From assembly GCF_009914755.1 (NCBI RefSeq), contig NC_060948.1: a stretch of 64,000 bases of DNA. One strand, 5' to 3'. This DNA is from the human T2T-CHM13v2.0 reference genome, Homo sapiens. The position numbers were made by a program, and so were the translations under genes. Shown piece by piece: positions 39,835 through 53,700 of this stretch (its first letter is position 1; each line of letters starts with the position of its first letter). The notes under the pieces were generated by a model. It was not told where the DNA came from, did no database searches, and worked only from the letters and a program-made list of their open reading frames with translations.

Positions 39835-40362
39835 GAGAGCTGCACTCACTAGTGAGAGTTCTCTTTCTCATCTTCATTACCCAGGTCTTTCTGCAAAACA
39901 GATTGATAGTGATTTATGTAATGCACTTGTGCTGTGGTCTTTTGATGAACTAAGGTGGTAAAAGTACAGGTACCATACAGGGAGTAAACACTGGCTTGGG
40001 AGAGTGCCTGTGGACCTTCCCTTAGACTAAAATATTTACTTGGGGATCCAGTCCATTTCCATTGATTCTTAGAATTACATACTCTCCTGTTTTCCGACAG
40101 GGATCAAGTAGTTATAATGGGTTTTCCCACATCAGGCTGGTTACTTCCTGGGCTGCATACCTTGTGCAGGGTGGCGTTATACAAAGTCATCCCTTTTAAA
40201 GTTGCAATACATTCATAATAACTATAAAACAAAAAGACTGCTTTAACTTTTTTCCCTACCTCAGTAACTTGAACAGTCCTCAGTCTGAGGAAGGTCAGTT
40301 GAAGTCCTTACTGTACACATCCAAAATTTAAGAAAAGTGAGTCCTACAATGAGTTTCCTCAT
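39835..40362 (-). pseudogene. env: HERV-E env remnant, heavily deleted
   Basis: The minus-strand ATG at 40362 reads MRKLIVGLTFLKFW..., then VFLFYSYYEC..LYNATLHKVCSPG..PDV, like HERV-E Env SU. Only ~530 bp remain before the PPT, with stops and frameshifts. Confidence 0.8.
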
Positions 40363-40379
40363 GTTTTGGCCATGCGTGG

Positions 40380-43300
40380 ACCAGTCAGCTCCTGGGTATG
40401 ACTGGAGTAGGGCTTGTCATCTTCTTCAAAGTCACCTTGGAGGTGTTATCTGGGCTTGGTCTCTCCTCCCAGGTCTCAGGTGCTGCAGTTTTAGGTGGCT
40501 ATGATGGATCCACGCTAGAATTTTCTCTACATTTGTGGCTGTGGGAGTGGTCAAGACGAAGGCCTGGTGTCCTTTCCACCTGTGGCCACAAGGGGGCTAC
40601 TTTCCGATCCGGGATCCACACCCGATCATCTGGGAAGAAAGTCATTTACCCTGGCTGAAATTGTTTCTGTAATTTTCCCTAGAGCCTGTAATTGTTGCTG
40701 TAACTCAATTTTACCTAGCTCTCAATGAGTGCCTAGGAGTCCCCGTAGTATGGGAGGGGGCCTATGATATAATATTTCATAAGGTGAATATCCTGTTCTT
40801 TTAGAAGGAATACATTTAATCTTAAACAATACCTTAGGGAGAGCTTGTGCCGGCTTTAATCCTCTTTCTTGACACACTTTTTCTAAACTATTTTTGATAG
40901 TCCAGTTCATCTGCTTCACCTTTCCGCAACTCTACGGTCAATAAGCAGTATGTAGTTTCCATGTCATTTCCAATACCTTTGCTGCCTTTTGTACCAAGTC
41001 AGCAACAAATGATGGCATGTTGTCTGAGCTCATTCATAAGGGCAGTCTAAACCTAGGGATGACATCTTGGAGAAGCACATAGTGTACTTCACGAGCTTTC
41101 TAAGTTTTTGTTGGATAGGCCACCACCCACCCAGAGTATGTACACACTAGAACTAGCAAATACTTGTTACCTCTACATTTGGATATCTTGGTGAAGTCTA
41201 CTTGGATGTTTTCAAAGCGGGCTAATCCATAAGCTTGTATGTTGGGCAAGACGGTTAGACCTTGCCTAGCATTTTTCTGTGGAAAGGTGACACACTGAGT
41301 TTTGGTCTAGGTGGGTGGTCTCATGCACAGCCAGTACCACTGTGGCTACTAGTAGTTGTGACATGGCTATTCTTCCATCAAATAACAGAATCTTTCCCTC
41401 TTCTATCACATGCCCTCCCTCTGCTTGGAGAAAGTCTTTCTTTTCTTTAGAATAAATAGGTACAAGGTCAGGTACCTGATGGAGCAACAGGATTGTGACT
41501 GATGCCCCATAGTGGGTGGATGCTGCTTTCCGAGACTCTGAGTCAGCTCGGGAGTTCTCCAAGGCAATCGAGTGGAAGTTTGCTTGTTTCCTCTGCAGTG
41601 TATGACTGCTTTTCTTGTAGATTGACAAGCTACTCCCATCCATGTACAGCTCCAAATCTACTGATGCCCAAGAATGGTCTCAATGGGGAGTCTGCTAAAA
41701 TAAACTGTGTCCAACACCTCTACACAGTTATGTTCACCTGGGCTCTCTGACACCAGTAAGGTGTATGTAAGGTGGTGGAGTTCAAGGTGTTGCAGACTTC
41801 AATGATTATGTGGGGATTTTCACAGAGCAAGCTTTGGTAGCTACTTACCCTTGCATTCATTAGCCAATGATGTCCTTTGGTATTCATTAATAACACCACA
41901 GCATGGGGAGACTTTATGTTCAGGTTTTGCCCAAGAGTTAGTTTATCCACTTCTTGTGCTAGCAGGGCAGTTGCTGCCAAGGCCTTCAAACATGGGGGCC
42001 AACCTTTAGAAACTCCATCTAGCTGTTTGGAGAAGTAGGCTACCAATCTTGGCCAGGGCCACACTGTGTGGGTAAAAACTCCAGCTACCATTTTTCTCTC
42101 TCTGACACATATAGTGTAAATGGCTTTGTGAGGTCAGGCAGCCCCAGAGCTGGGGCTGATGTAAGTTTCTCTTTTAATTCATGAAAAGCTCATTACTGTT
42201 GGGACTCCCATTCAAAATTCTCTCTGTTACCTCCCTTTGTGACTTCCTACAGTACTGAAAATACAGCTCCTAAGAATTCTCTCATCTGCCTTCTGGTTTT
42301 AGTCTCCAGTAGGTTGCAAATGACCTGCTTTCTTTCTGATCCTAGGCTGTGCTCCATTGTAGGATAGTAAATCCCAGATAACATAAATGCTGTCAGCAGA
42401 TCTGAGCTTTCTTTGGACACCTCATACCCGCAGTCCCCCAGGTGCCAGAGCAGGGTATCCATTCCCTTGGGGCACCCGATTACTGTTGGGTGTCCCTGCA
42501 GGAGGTCATCAACAGACTGGAGCAAAAAACAGTCTAGGTCTCTGTGGGAAACTTCTGGAAGTCCCGAGCCAGTACCTTCCCAAAGATAGTGGGGGAGTTA
42601 TTGAACCCTTGGGGAAGCAAGGTCCAAGTGTACTGAGTGGTGACACCTGGCCCCGCATCTTCCCACTCAAAGGCAAAGAGTTTCTGGTTCTCAAGGGCTA
42701 GGCTGATGCTAATGAAGGCATCCTTCAGCTGTCCTCAGCTGGCAGCAACCCCAACAATTTGTAGGAGTTAGGTACAACTGGGGCAAAGTCACTGTAGCTT
42801 GGATGACTGAATACAACTCCAGTACTGGCCTGTAGTCCTTGATCCCTGGCTTTGGAACAGACAGGCAGGGAGTGTTCCATGGATACTAACAAGGGACTAT
42901 AATTCCAAGGGCCCTCAGGTGCTTGAGATGGACCTGGGTACCTTCAAGAGCTTCTCTGGGGACTAGGGACTGTTTTTTCCTGGCTGGCTGGGCCATAGGC
43001 TTATCTCCTATGAGTAAGAGGGCCTAGTTAATTGCCAATCCTGGAGGGTTCTTTTCTGCCCACACTTTTGGCCATCACTTAGCCAGAGCTGGTCTTACAT
43101 CTTAGCTTAACTGAATTAAGAGGCATCTCCATTCCTTCTCGCTAGGAACAATAAGGGCCATGATGACTCTCCTTCCAAGTAACTTTAACTGTAAAGAGCT
43201 GTGTTTTGTAAAAGAGATGGTGGCTCTCAGCTTGCTAAGTAAGTCCTTCCTACCAAAGGCAAGGGGCAGTCAAGCATGTACAGGAAGTGGTGAATCACTT

Positions 43301-43447
43301 AATGACCCCCCCATCCCCTAAAGTGCAGGTCTAGGGCAAACAGAAAGCTTACTTTGTCAGGACCCCTGTGTATCTGATTATATTACTAGTCTTTGTGGAA
43401 AAGAGGGCGACCAGGATGGTTACTACTGCACATCAGCCCGGACCCCC
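40380..43447 (-). pseudogene. pol: HERV-E pro-pol (protease remnant, RT, RNase H, integrase), disrupted
   Basis: RT WTLLPQGFNNSPT lies at ~42590-42626 and LQSVDDLL (YVDD mutated to SVDD) at 42505-42516. The connection domain VAYFSKQLDGVSKGWPPCLKALAATALL is in ORF 41720-42091, RNase H LYMDGSS in ORF 41266-41655, and integrase C-terminus RTGYSPYEILYHRPPP in ORF 40722-40919. These are spread over several frames. Confidence 0.9.
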
Positions 43448-43915
43448 ACAGTCCAATAACACTTCTGCTAGATTGAATAAGTCCCCTTCATCTTTGTCTG
43501 AGGACTCCTGCTCAGAGTCACCTTATTTCCCTTTCAATCTGGGGCACTTGTCCTTCCAATGCCCTATTTCCTTACAGCAAGGACACTGGTTACACAGCAA
43601 GCATGGATGACCAGACTGGGTATTTTTCCTAGGGCCCCCCTTCTCTCACCACTTTGGGGGGGCCCCTCTAATAGCCGCAGCTAGAAGGTCAACGTTTCAC
43701 CAGGCTCGGCATTCACTCTCTCTGAGGTTCCCTCTGCAGCTTACTGCATCTCTATTTACAAACTTCTGGTGGGCTATCTCCAATACTGTGAATTATTCAT
43801 GCCTGCAAACCCAGTCTGTTTCTGCCATTGTCTTCTAATGTCTTCTATACTTTAAGTAACTAAAGCCATGTTAATCATGTGCTGATATTGAGGGCTATTG
43901 GGATCAAAGGGAGTA
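43448..43915 (-). pseudogene. gag: HERV-E gag 3' remnant (capsid C-terminus and nucleocapsid)
   Basis: The minus strand reads YTPFDPNSP..INMALV at the truncation end and has a CCHC zinc knuckle C-PC-C-KEIG-H-WKDK-C at 43544-43585. Confidence 0.85.
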
Positions 43916-46829
43916 TATTGGGATCAAAGGGTCCCACAGTGGGTGTTCATAGGCAGCTTTTTCATAATACCAGGATGGCTCTGTCTGTACAATTTCCCTC
44001 TGCTTAGGCAGGCTGACAGCTCTGACAGCCTGGAACAAGATGTTGCCTACAGATATGCATGCACTAGTTTGAGGGGACCAGGCCTGATTGTGAGAGTTGG
44101 CTACCATCACAATGAATGTTATCATTGCCTAGAGAAAAGTCCCTGCAGCTTGGTTGAGAAGGAGACCTCTGAGGAGGTGCATCAGCAGTTGACTCAACTG
44201 TCTCCTCTGTGGGATTGTTCCATGATCCTAGGAGAGGGCAGACTTGAGCCAACCTCAAGAAACATCAAACAGAGCCCCAGGAATAAATTGCAAAATCCCT
44301 AAGTTTCCAAGATGACCTGCAGGATTCCTCAGGCTGGCCTAGACATTGTAGGGGTGAGTCTTTTTGAAACTTGTTCTGCTGTGACTTCTTGGTACAGCCC
44401 ACCAGGGTTTTTCAAGGTTGCTGTCTCCCAGGTAAGGCTTCCTGAAGAACGACATAGTGTCAGGCACTGCTGGGTTGTGTGTTTCTGTGAAAGTGTTGGG
44501 AATATCGGATATGTGTGCATGTGAGGCATGGTGTGTTTCTGGCTGTCTATGTGTGTATGAATGTAAGTGGAGTTATCTTAAAGAAATGTGGCTAATGCAC
44601 TTCAGCGCTTTTTTTTAAGTCTCCCCACCTTATGGTCACCTGTCTGTGTGTTTCTGCTTGGGCAGTGGGGCACCGTGTTCTTTATTATTATGTGGATCCA
44701 AAATCCACAGTGAATTGGTATGTGGGCAGGGAACTGCTGGTGTCCAAAACAACTCCCTCTGCAAGAAAAGCCACTGTTCTAGAAAAAAAGAAAAGCACAC
44801 CACACCAAAAGATAGACATCTCCCTGTGTTTCATATTCCTATGGCCAACACAGGAAAAGACACTAGCAGTTCTGTCGGCAGGGCCCCTTAATTTTACCTC
44901 AAATTCTGTTCTGAATTGAGCAGGTGCTTCAAGTCCTAAGGAGGCACACCTCCATTGTCTTGTGATTTTATCCTGGGATATAGAGTGTGAGCAGCAATAA
45001 AGTCAGATGGGGTGAGAATACAATGTGGTGAAAAGTGGATGGGGTCCCACAACTTTACCTGCAAAAAAAGAATAAAGACAGATGACAAAGAAGTTTCTTC
45101 CAACTCCATGCCTGCTTTACCTTAATTGCAAAAGCAGTCCAGACAATGGCTCAGTGTTCAGGTATGAGTATTCCAATGTGCAAGGAACATTTGGAGTGCA
45201 AATTGGGACCATCCTGGCAAACTGCCGATTTGTGGGCTTTAATACCCAAAGTCAAATGTGGGTGGAATGGATTGATGCTGGTTGGATGGGGCTTCCAGAC
45301 ATGCCTCTTTGTTTCATGACTTCCATGATTCTCATTGTTTTAGGGTTTCCTGGGTCTGGCCTAGTGACTACCACACTAAATGTTTCCCAGTTCATGGAGA
45401 ATGACTCTCATGGGAATCCATTGTGTGAATGTTTCCTTCTAAACAGCGTCATGTACTAAGGACTGGGAAGATTTGATACTTTTAAAAATATATATTGATG
45501 TTACAGCTGCCAAAAGAAAACTTGTTCTCTCACATCTATTGGAGGGGCCCATGACTCCTGTAGGATGAGAAGCAGGCTTGTGTGTCAAGTTTTTCCTGGT
45601 AATCTAGAGTCTGTTTCATCATCTGCACAACTTTCTTATTTTGGACGGGCACTTTCATTGAACTGTTGCTGGATGGAACTGCCTTTCACCACAGATTATG
45701 AATCTGCCAGTGATTTCAGACAGCAAAATGACTTTCAATAGGCTGCCTGCACTCCACATTGTGGGTCGTTGTCTCATTGTGGGGGCTGAGGTTGTTTGCA
45801 CTTTGTAGGGTGTTTTGGGTCTCCTGACAGGAATCATTGAACATTGCTTGGATTCCAGCACAAGGAAGCTTGTTCTCTCAGGTGAGACTTTTTTTTGGAC
45901 ACCCTTTTCAGGCTTGCCATGACTGCAGATGGTGTCTGAGACACTGTCTAAACCTTATCTGCACCCAAGAGGTGACAATACGGATGTGAGACCATTGCTT
46001 CATATTGGATTTGCCTTTGTGTTGCTTCCTGTATTTCCCAGAAAGCCTCTGTGAGGCACAGCATTAAGGGAAGCTGTGAGGTCAAGAACCCAGCCATCTT
46101 TCACTGACCTCTGCCCTTAGGGTCTTAGGTATGATTCTATCAACAAAGAACCCTTAACACACCATACTATATTGCAATCCCTATGGTACCAGACTGTCGC
46201 AAAGAACATCTTTTGGGAATGAAGTCAGAAGAACAGTTTGCTGTGACCACCTCAGAGTCTCAAAACCCTTCCTCCTCCAGCAAGACCCAACCACAAAAAC
46301 TGTCTAAAGGCGCCCTGAGTTTGAGAATTTTAGTGTCCTGCTCTGGGTTTTTCCAGGCTGCCTTTTTCTTGATACCAGGCTTGCCCTGCCTGTACCATTT
46401 TTTACTGCATAGGCAGGCTGACAGCTCAGACTGACTGATGGCGGAGCCTGCCTCACAAATGTGCATGCGCTAGTCTCACAGCACCAGGCCTGACTGTGAC
46501 CTTTCAGTAGAGTGACAATTAATGTCATTGTTGCCTAATGCCAAGTCCCTGTGAATTGGAGAAGAAGGGCACCTCTATACAGTTTTGTTGCCCATGGACT
46601 CCCACTTGTCTTCTCTGTAAGACAGACAGGACAGTCCCATGATCCCAAGAGAGGGCAGATGTGAGAGTCTGTAGAAACATCAAGCACAATTCCAGAAATA
46701 AATTCTGAAATCCCAAAGGATGCAAAGAAATCTGTAGGATTCTTCAAGCCTGCCTAGGCATTGTAGTTGTGAGTCATTTTGAAACTTGCCCCACTGTGAT
46801 TTATAGGTACATCACGCCTGTGTTCCCCA

Positions 46830-46849
46830 GGGCGGGGCGGGGAGAGGGG
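46830..46849 (+). other. Canonical G-quadruplex motif / tandem GC boxes, private to one unit
   Basis: GGG-C-GGGG-C-GGGG-AGA-GGGG replaces the usual CCC(A/T)GGG(G)TTGCTCTC. Confidence 0.6.
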
Positions 46850-49728
46850 CTCTCTCCCACACTCAAATGTCCTGCAGTACCAGGCAGCCTTAGGAGTTCC
46901 CACGCTGTGTGTTTCTGTGGGAGTGTTGTAAATGTTGGATGTCTGTGTGTGTGTGTGTGAGACATTGTGTGGTTTTGTGTGTGTGTGTATGTGTGTGTGC
47001 CTGTAAGTGGAGTCTGCTTAAATGACTGTGGATAATGCACTTCATTGCTTCTTTTTTTTGAGTCACCAAACCTTTATGTGCCCTGTCTGTGTGGCTTTGC
47101 TTGGACTGCGGGGTCCAGGTTTTCTATTTTTCTGTGGATCATGAATCCACAGTGAATTGGGAGGTGGGCTGATACCTGCCATAGTTTAAATCATGTCCCT
47201 CTGCAAAAAAAGAAAAAAAAAAAGGAGAGAAAAAAAAAGAAAGCCATTCTTCTAGAAAGAAGAGAAGCACACCACACCAAAAAAAAAAATGACATCTAGT
47301 GTTTCATTGTCCTGCAGCCTAACCATGGAGACACTAGCAGTCCTGTTCTTAGGTCCCCTTGAATTTACATTGAATTAGCTTCCCAGATGAGCAGGTGCTT
47401 CATGTCATGAGGGGGTATTCCTTCATCATCTTGAGATTTAATCCTGGGACATAGAGTGTGAGAAGGAATAAGTTCAGATAAGGGTGAGGATAAAATCTGG
47501 TGAGGGGTGGATGGAATCCCAAACTTCACCTGCAAAACAAATGAAGACAGGTAACACAGAAGGTGCTTTCAATTCCATCCCGGTAAATCCTTAATTGCAG
47601 AAGCAGTCCACACCATGGCCAGGGGTCCAGGTGAGAGTGCTCCAACATGCTGTGGATATTAGGAGTGCAAACTGGGGCCATCCTGGCAAACTCCCGATTT
47701 GAGGGCTTTCATACCCATAGCCAAATGGGAGTTGAAGGGATTGAGGCTTGGCGGGATGTGGCCTACAGACTTGCCTCTTCTTTTCCTGATTTTCATGATT
47801 CTTATCATCCTAGGGTTTTCTGGTTCTGGCTCAATGACTTCCACAATAAATGTTATCCAGTTAATGTGGAACGACCCTCAAGGGAATCCATTGCCTGAGT
47901 GTTTCCTTGTAAACACTGTCATATTTTAATGACTGGGCAGTTTTGTTACTTTTAAAACTGTTAATACCCATTAGACCCACAAACAATGAAACTTTGTCTC
48001 CCATTTCTATTGAAGGGCTGCATGATTCTTGGAGGATGAGAAGAAGGCAGCCATGTCTCACTTTTTTTCTGGTAATCTAGCCTCTGTATCACTGCATCTG
48101 CATGGCCATCTCATTGTGGAGGAGCTCTTTCATTGAGATGTTGCTCGATAGGACTGCCTCCAGCAACAGATTATTTAGCTGTCAGGAATTTCAGAAAGCA
48201 AAAGAGACTCTGTGTAGGCTGGCTGCATTCCAGGTTATGGGTCATTTTCTCCTTGTAGGGGCTGTGGTGGTTTTAACTTTGCAAGATAATTTTGGGTCCT
48301 GTAACAGTAATCATTGAACATTGCTTGGACTACAGAAAAACGTACCTCATTCTGTCAGGTGAGTCTTGAGTTTTGTTTGCTTTCATGGGGAATCCACAGT
48401 ACTCCTCAACAGTACTATTGGACATGCTTTTCAGGCTTGCCACGGTCACAAATGGACTCTGAGACACTCACGCTCATTTGCATCTGTAAAAGGCCAGTTT
48501 AACTTGTGAGATCACTGCTCCACATTGGACTTGCATTTGTCTTGGTTTCTGCTTTTTTCAGATAGCCCCTGTGAAGTCCAGGATCAAGGAAGGCATTGAG
48601 GTCAAGAGCCCAGCCATCATTTGCTGAAACCCACCTCTGGGGTCTCAGGTATGATTCTATCACCCAAAGAACCCTCTACAATACAACAAACTGTATTTCA
48701 ATCCACAAGGGACCCGATTCTTGCACACAGCCTCTTTCTGGAATGGAGTCAGAAAAGCAGTTTCTAGTGACAAACTCATAGCCTCAAAACATCTCCTCCT
48801 CCATAGGGGCCTGATCATGGAGATGATCTGAAGGGGACCTGAGGTCTAGATTTTAGTGTCCCACAGTGGGTTTTCATAGGCAGCCTATTTCGCGACATTC
48901 GGCCAGATCTGACTGTGCCAATTTCCTCTGCTTAGGCAGGCTGACCAATATGACAGCCAGGGGCCATAGCCTGCCTCACAAATGTGCATGTGCTAGTCTC
49001 AGAGCACCTGGCCTGATGATGAGCTCTCACTAGTGTCACAATGAATGTCATCATTGCCTAGCAAAAAGTCCCTGTGGCTTTGCAGACATAGAGACCTCCG
49101 TGGAGATGGGTCAGCAGTGGACTCTCACCTGTCTTCTAGGTGGGATCCACTGGATTATTTCATTGTCCTAGGAAAGGCCAGACATGAGCCAGCATGAAGA
49201 AACATCAAGCAGAACCCTAGGAATAAAATGCAAAATCCCTATGGATCCAAGAAAATCTGCAGGATTCCTCAGGCCTCACTAGACGTTGTAGGAGTAAGTC
49301 TTTTTGAAAATTGTCCTACTGTGATTTCTAGGGACTGCCTGCCTGTGTTTCTCAGGGTTGTTCTTTCCCAGGTGGGTCTTCCTGCAGAACCACACAGTGT
49401 CAGGAGACGCCAGGTGAAGTGTTTCTGTGAGAATGTTGTGAATGTTTGATGTGTGAGGTATTGTGTGTTTCTGTCTTTGTGTGTGTGTGTGTTCCTGTAA
49501 GTGGAGTCTGCTTAAAGGAATGTGGCTAACGCACTCCAGTGCTTCTTTTTATTGTGTCTCTCCACCTTTTGGTGGTCTATGTGGCTCTGCATGGATGGCA
49601 AGGCTCCATGTTCTTTATTTTTATGTGTATAATAAATCCCCAGTGAATTTGGAGGTGGGCTGGGAACCGCCGGCATCCAAATCAACCACCTCTGCAAAAA
49701 AAGTCACTGTTTTACAAATAAGGGGAGC

Positions 49729-50762
<1,034 letters not shown>

Positions 50763-53700
50763 AGAAATAAGAGGAGCACACCACATCAAAAAAGCAGGCA
50801 TCACCCTGTGTTTCATATCCCTATGGTCAACACAGGGAGAGGCACAAGCAGTCCTGTGGGCAGTGCACCTTGAATTTACCTAAAATTTGGTTCCCAGAGG
50901 AGCAGGTGTTTCACGTCATGAGGTGGCAGTCCTCCGTCATCTTGGAATTTTATCTGGGGACATAGAGTGTGATGAGTAGTAAGGTTAGATAGACATGAGG
51001 ATACAATCTGGTGTGAGGTGGAAGGGGTCTCTCAACTTCACCTGCAAATAATAATAATAATAAAAAACACTGATAATACAGAAGGTGCTTCCAACTCTAT
51101 CCCTGCATTCCCTGAATTGCAGAAGCAGTCCACATCATGGCTCGGCTTTCAGGTAGCAGTACTCCAACGCTCAAGTAACATTTGAAGTGCAAATTGGGGC
51201 CATCCTGGCAAACTTCCGATTTGAGACCTTTCATACTCAGAGCCAAATGGGAGTGGGATGGATTGATGCTGGGTGGGATGGTGTTTCCAGTCTTGCCTCT
51301 TCTTTTCAGGCCTTTCATGATTCTCATGGCCCTAGGGTTTCCTAGTTCTGGCTTAACGACTTCTACACTAAACATTTCCCAGTTCACAGATAATGACCCT
51401 CATGGAAATCCATTGCATAATTCCTTCTAAACACTGTCATGTTTTAATGACTGGGAAAATAAGATACTTTTAAATCCATATATCCCTGTCACATCAGCCA
51501 AAAGCAAACTTGTTATCTCTTTTCTATCGAAGGGCTGCATGAATCCTGTAGGATGAGAAGCAGGCAGTTGTGTTAGACTTTTACCTGGTAATCTAGACTC
51601 TGTTTCATTTCATCTGCATGGCCTTCTCAATTTTGAAGGGCAATTTCATTAAACTGTTGCTTGGTGGTACTGCCTCTCACCACAGATTATGTAGCTGCCA
51701 GGGATTCCAGAGAGCAAAAGGGACTTCCATTAGGCTGTCTGTGCTCCAGGTTGTGGGTCATTGTCTCAATGTGGGGGCTGAGGTTGTTTGCACTTTGCAG
51801 AAGGCTTTTGGGTCTTCTGAAAGGAATAATTGAACATTGCTTGGACTCCAGGACAAGGCATCTTGTTCTTTTGGGTGAGTGTTGATTTTTCTTTTCTTTC
51901 ACAAGGAATCCACAGTTCTCCTCAACAGAACTAATGGACACCATTTTCAGGCTTGCCATCTCTACAGATGGCATCTGAGAACCGTCTAAACATCATCTGC
52001 ACTTGTTACAGGACAATACGAGGTGTGAGAACACTGTTTCACCTTGGACTTTCCTTCATCTTGGTTCCTGCCTTTCCCAGAGAGCCTCTGTGAGGCCAAG
52101 GATAAAGGGAGACAGTGAGGTCAAGAGTCCGGCCATCCTTCACTGACATCTGCATCTATGGTCTCAGGTATGATTCTATCACCCTAAGAACCCTCAACTA
52201 CACACCATACTGTATTCCAATCCTCATGGTATCTGATTCTTGCACACAGCTTCTTTTGGGAATGAAGTCAGAAAAACAGTTTCCAGTGACCACCTCAGAG
52301 TCTCAAAACGTTTTCTCCGTCAGAGAGATCCAACCATGGAAACGGCCTGAAGTGGTCTTGGGGTTGAGACATTTAGTGTCCCACAGTGGGTTTTTGCGGG
52401 CCCCCTTTTTCTTGATAACAGGGTGGCTCTGCCTGTACTATTTCCAACTGATTAGGCAGGCTGACAGCTCTGACAGCCTGGCACCAGAACCTGCCTCAAG
52501 AATGTACATGCACTAGTCTCACAGCACCAGGCCTGATTGTGGGCCCTGGGTAGTACCAGAATGAATGTCATTGTTGCCTAGCGCCAAGTCCCTGCAGCTT
52601 GAAGGATAAGAAGACCTCCGTTGAGTTGCATAGGCTGTGGACTCACATCTATCTTCTCTTTGGGATAGATGGGATAGTTCCATGATCCCAAGAGAGGTCA
52701 GACATGAGCTTGCCTGAAGAAATGTCAGGCACAACCCCAGGAATAAATTGTGAAATTGTTAAGGATACAAAAAATCTGCAAGATTCCTCTGGCCTGCCTA
52801 AAGGTTGTAGATGTGAGTCTTTTTGAAACTTGCCCCGGTCTGATTTCCAGGTACAGCCTACCTGTGTTCCCAGGGGTGGCTCTCTCTTCAGTGGGGCTTC
52901 CTGCAGAACCAGGCAGCCTCAGGAGTTGCAGGTCTGTGTTTCTGTGAGAGTGTTGCAGGTGTTGGATGTCTGAGTGTGTGTGTGTGTGTGTGGCATTGTG
53001 TGTTTGTGTATGTGTATGTGTGTCCCTGTAAGTGGATTCTGCTTAAATGAATGTAGCTAATGCACTTCATTGCTTCTTTCTTTGAGTCACCAAACTTTTA
53101 GGTGGCCTGTCTGTGTGGCTGTGCTTGGGCTGCAGGGCTCCTTGTTTGTTAGTTTTTCTGTGGATCATGAATCCTCTGTAAATTGGGAGGTGGCCCAAGA
53201 CCTGCCATTGTTTAAATCACCTCCTTCTGCCAAAAAAAAAAAAGCCACTCTTCTAGAAAGAACAGGAGGACTCTACACCAAAAAAAAAACAGACATCTCT
53301 CAGTGTTTCATTGTCCTGTGGCCAAACCAGGGGGAGACACTAGCAGTCCTGTCTGTAAGTCCCCCTGAATTTCATCCCTGTGACTCACGTATGATTCTAT
53401 GACCCAAAGAACCCTCTACAAGACACCAGAATATACTCCAATCAACATGGAACCTGATACTTGCACACAGCCTCTTTTGGGACTGGAGTCACAAGAGCAG
53501 TTTCCAGCAACCACCTCACAGTCTCCAAATGCCTCCTTCTCCAGCAGGACCTGACCATGGAGAAGTGGAGAAGGCTGGAAGAGTCTCTGAGGTCTAGACT
53601 TTTAGTGTCCTGCAGTGGTTTTTCACAGACAGCCTGTTTTGTGATACTTGGCCAGCTCTGCCTGTACCATTTTCCTCTGTTTGGGAAGGCTGACAGCTCT

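Larger units (their letters stand above)
39463..43915 (-). mobile_element. HERV-E family (class I, gamma-like) provirus; 5' LTR, PBS and 5' gag missing; env internally deleted
   Basis: Minus-strand order is gag remnant, pro/pol, env remnant, PPT, LTR. It has gammaretroviral Pol motifs and an HERV-E-like Env N-terminus (MRKLIVGLTFLKFW..FLFYSYYEC). Confidence 0.9.
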
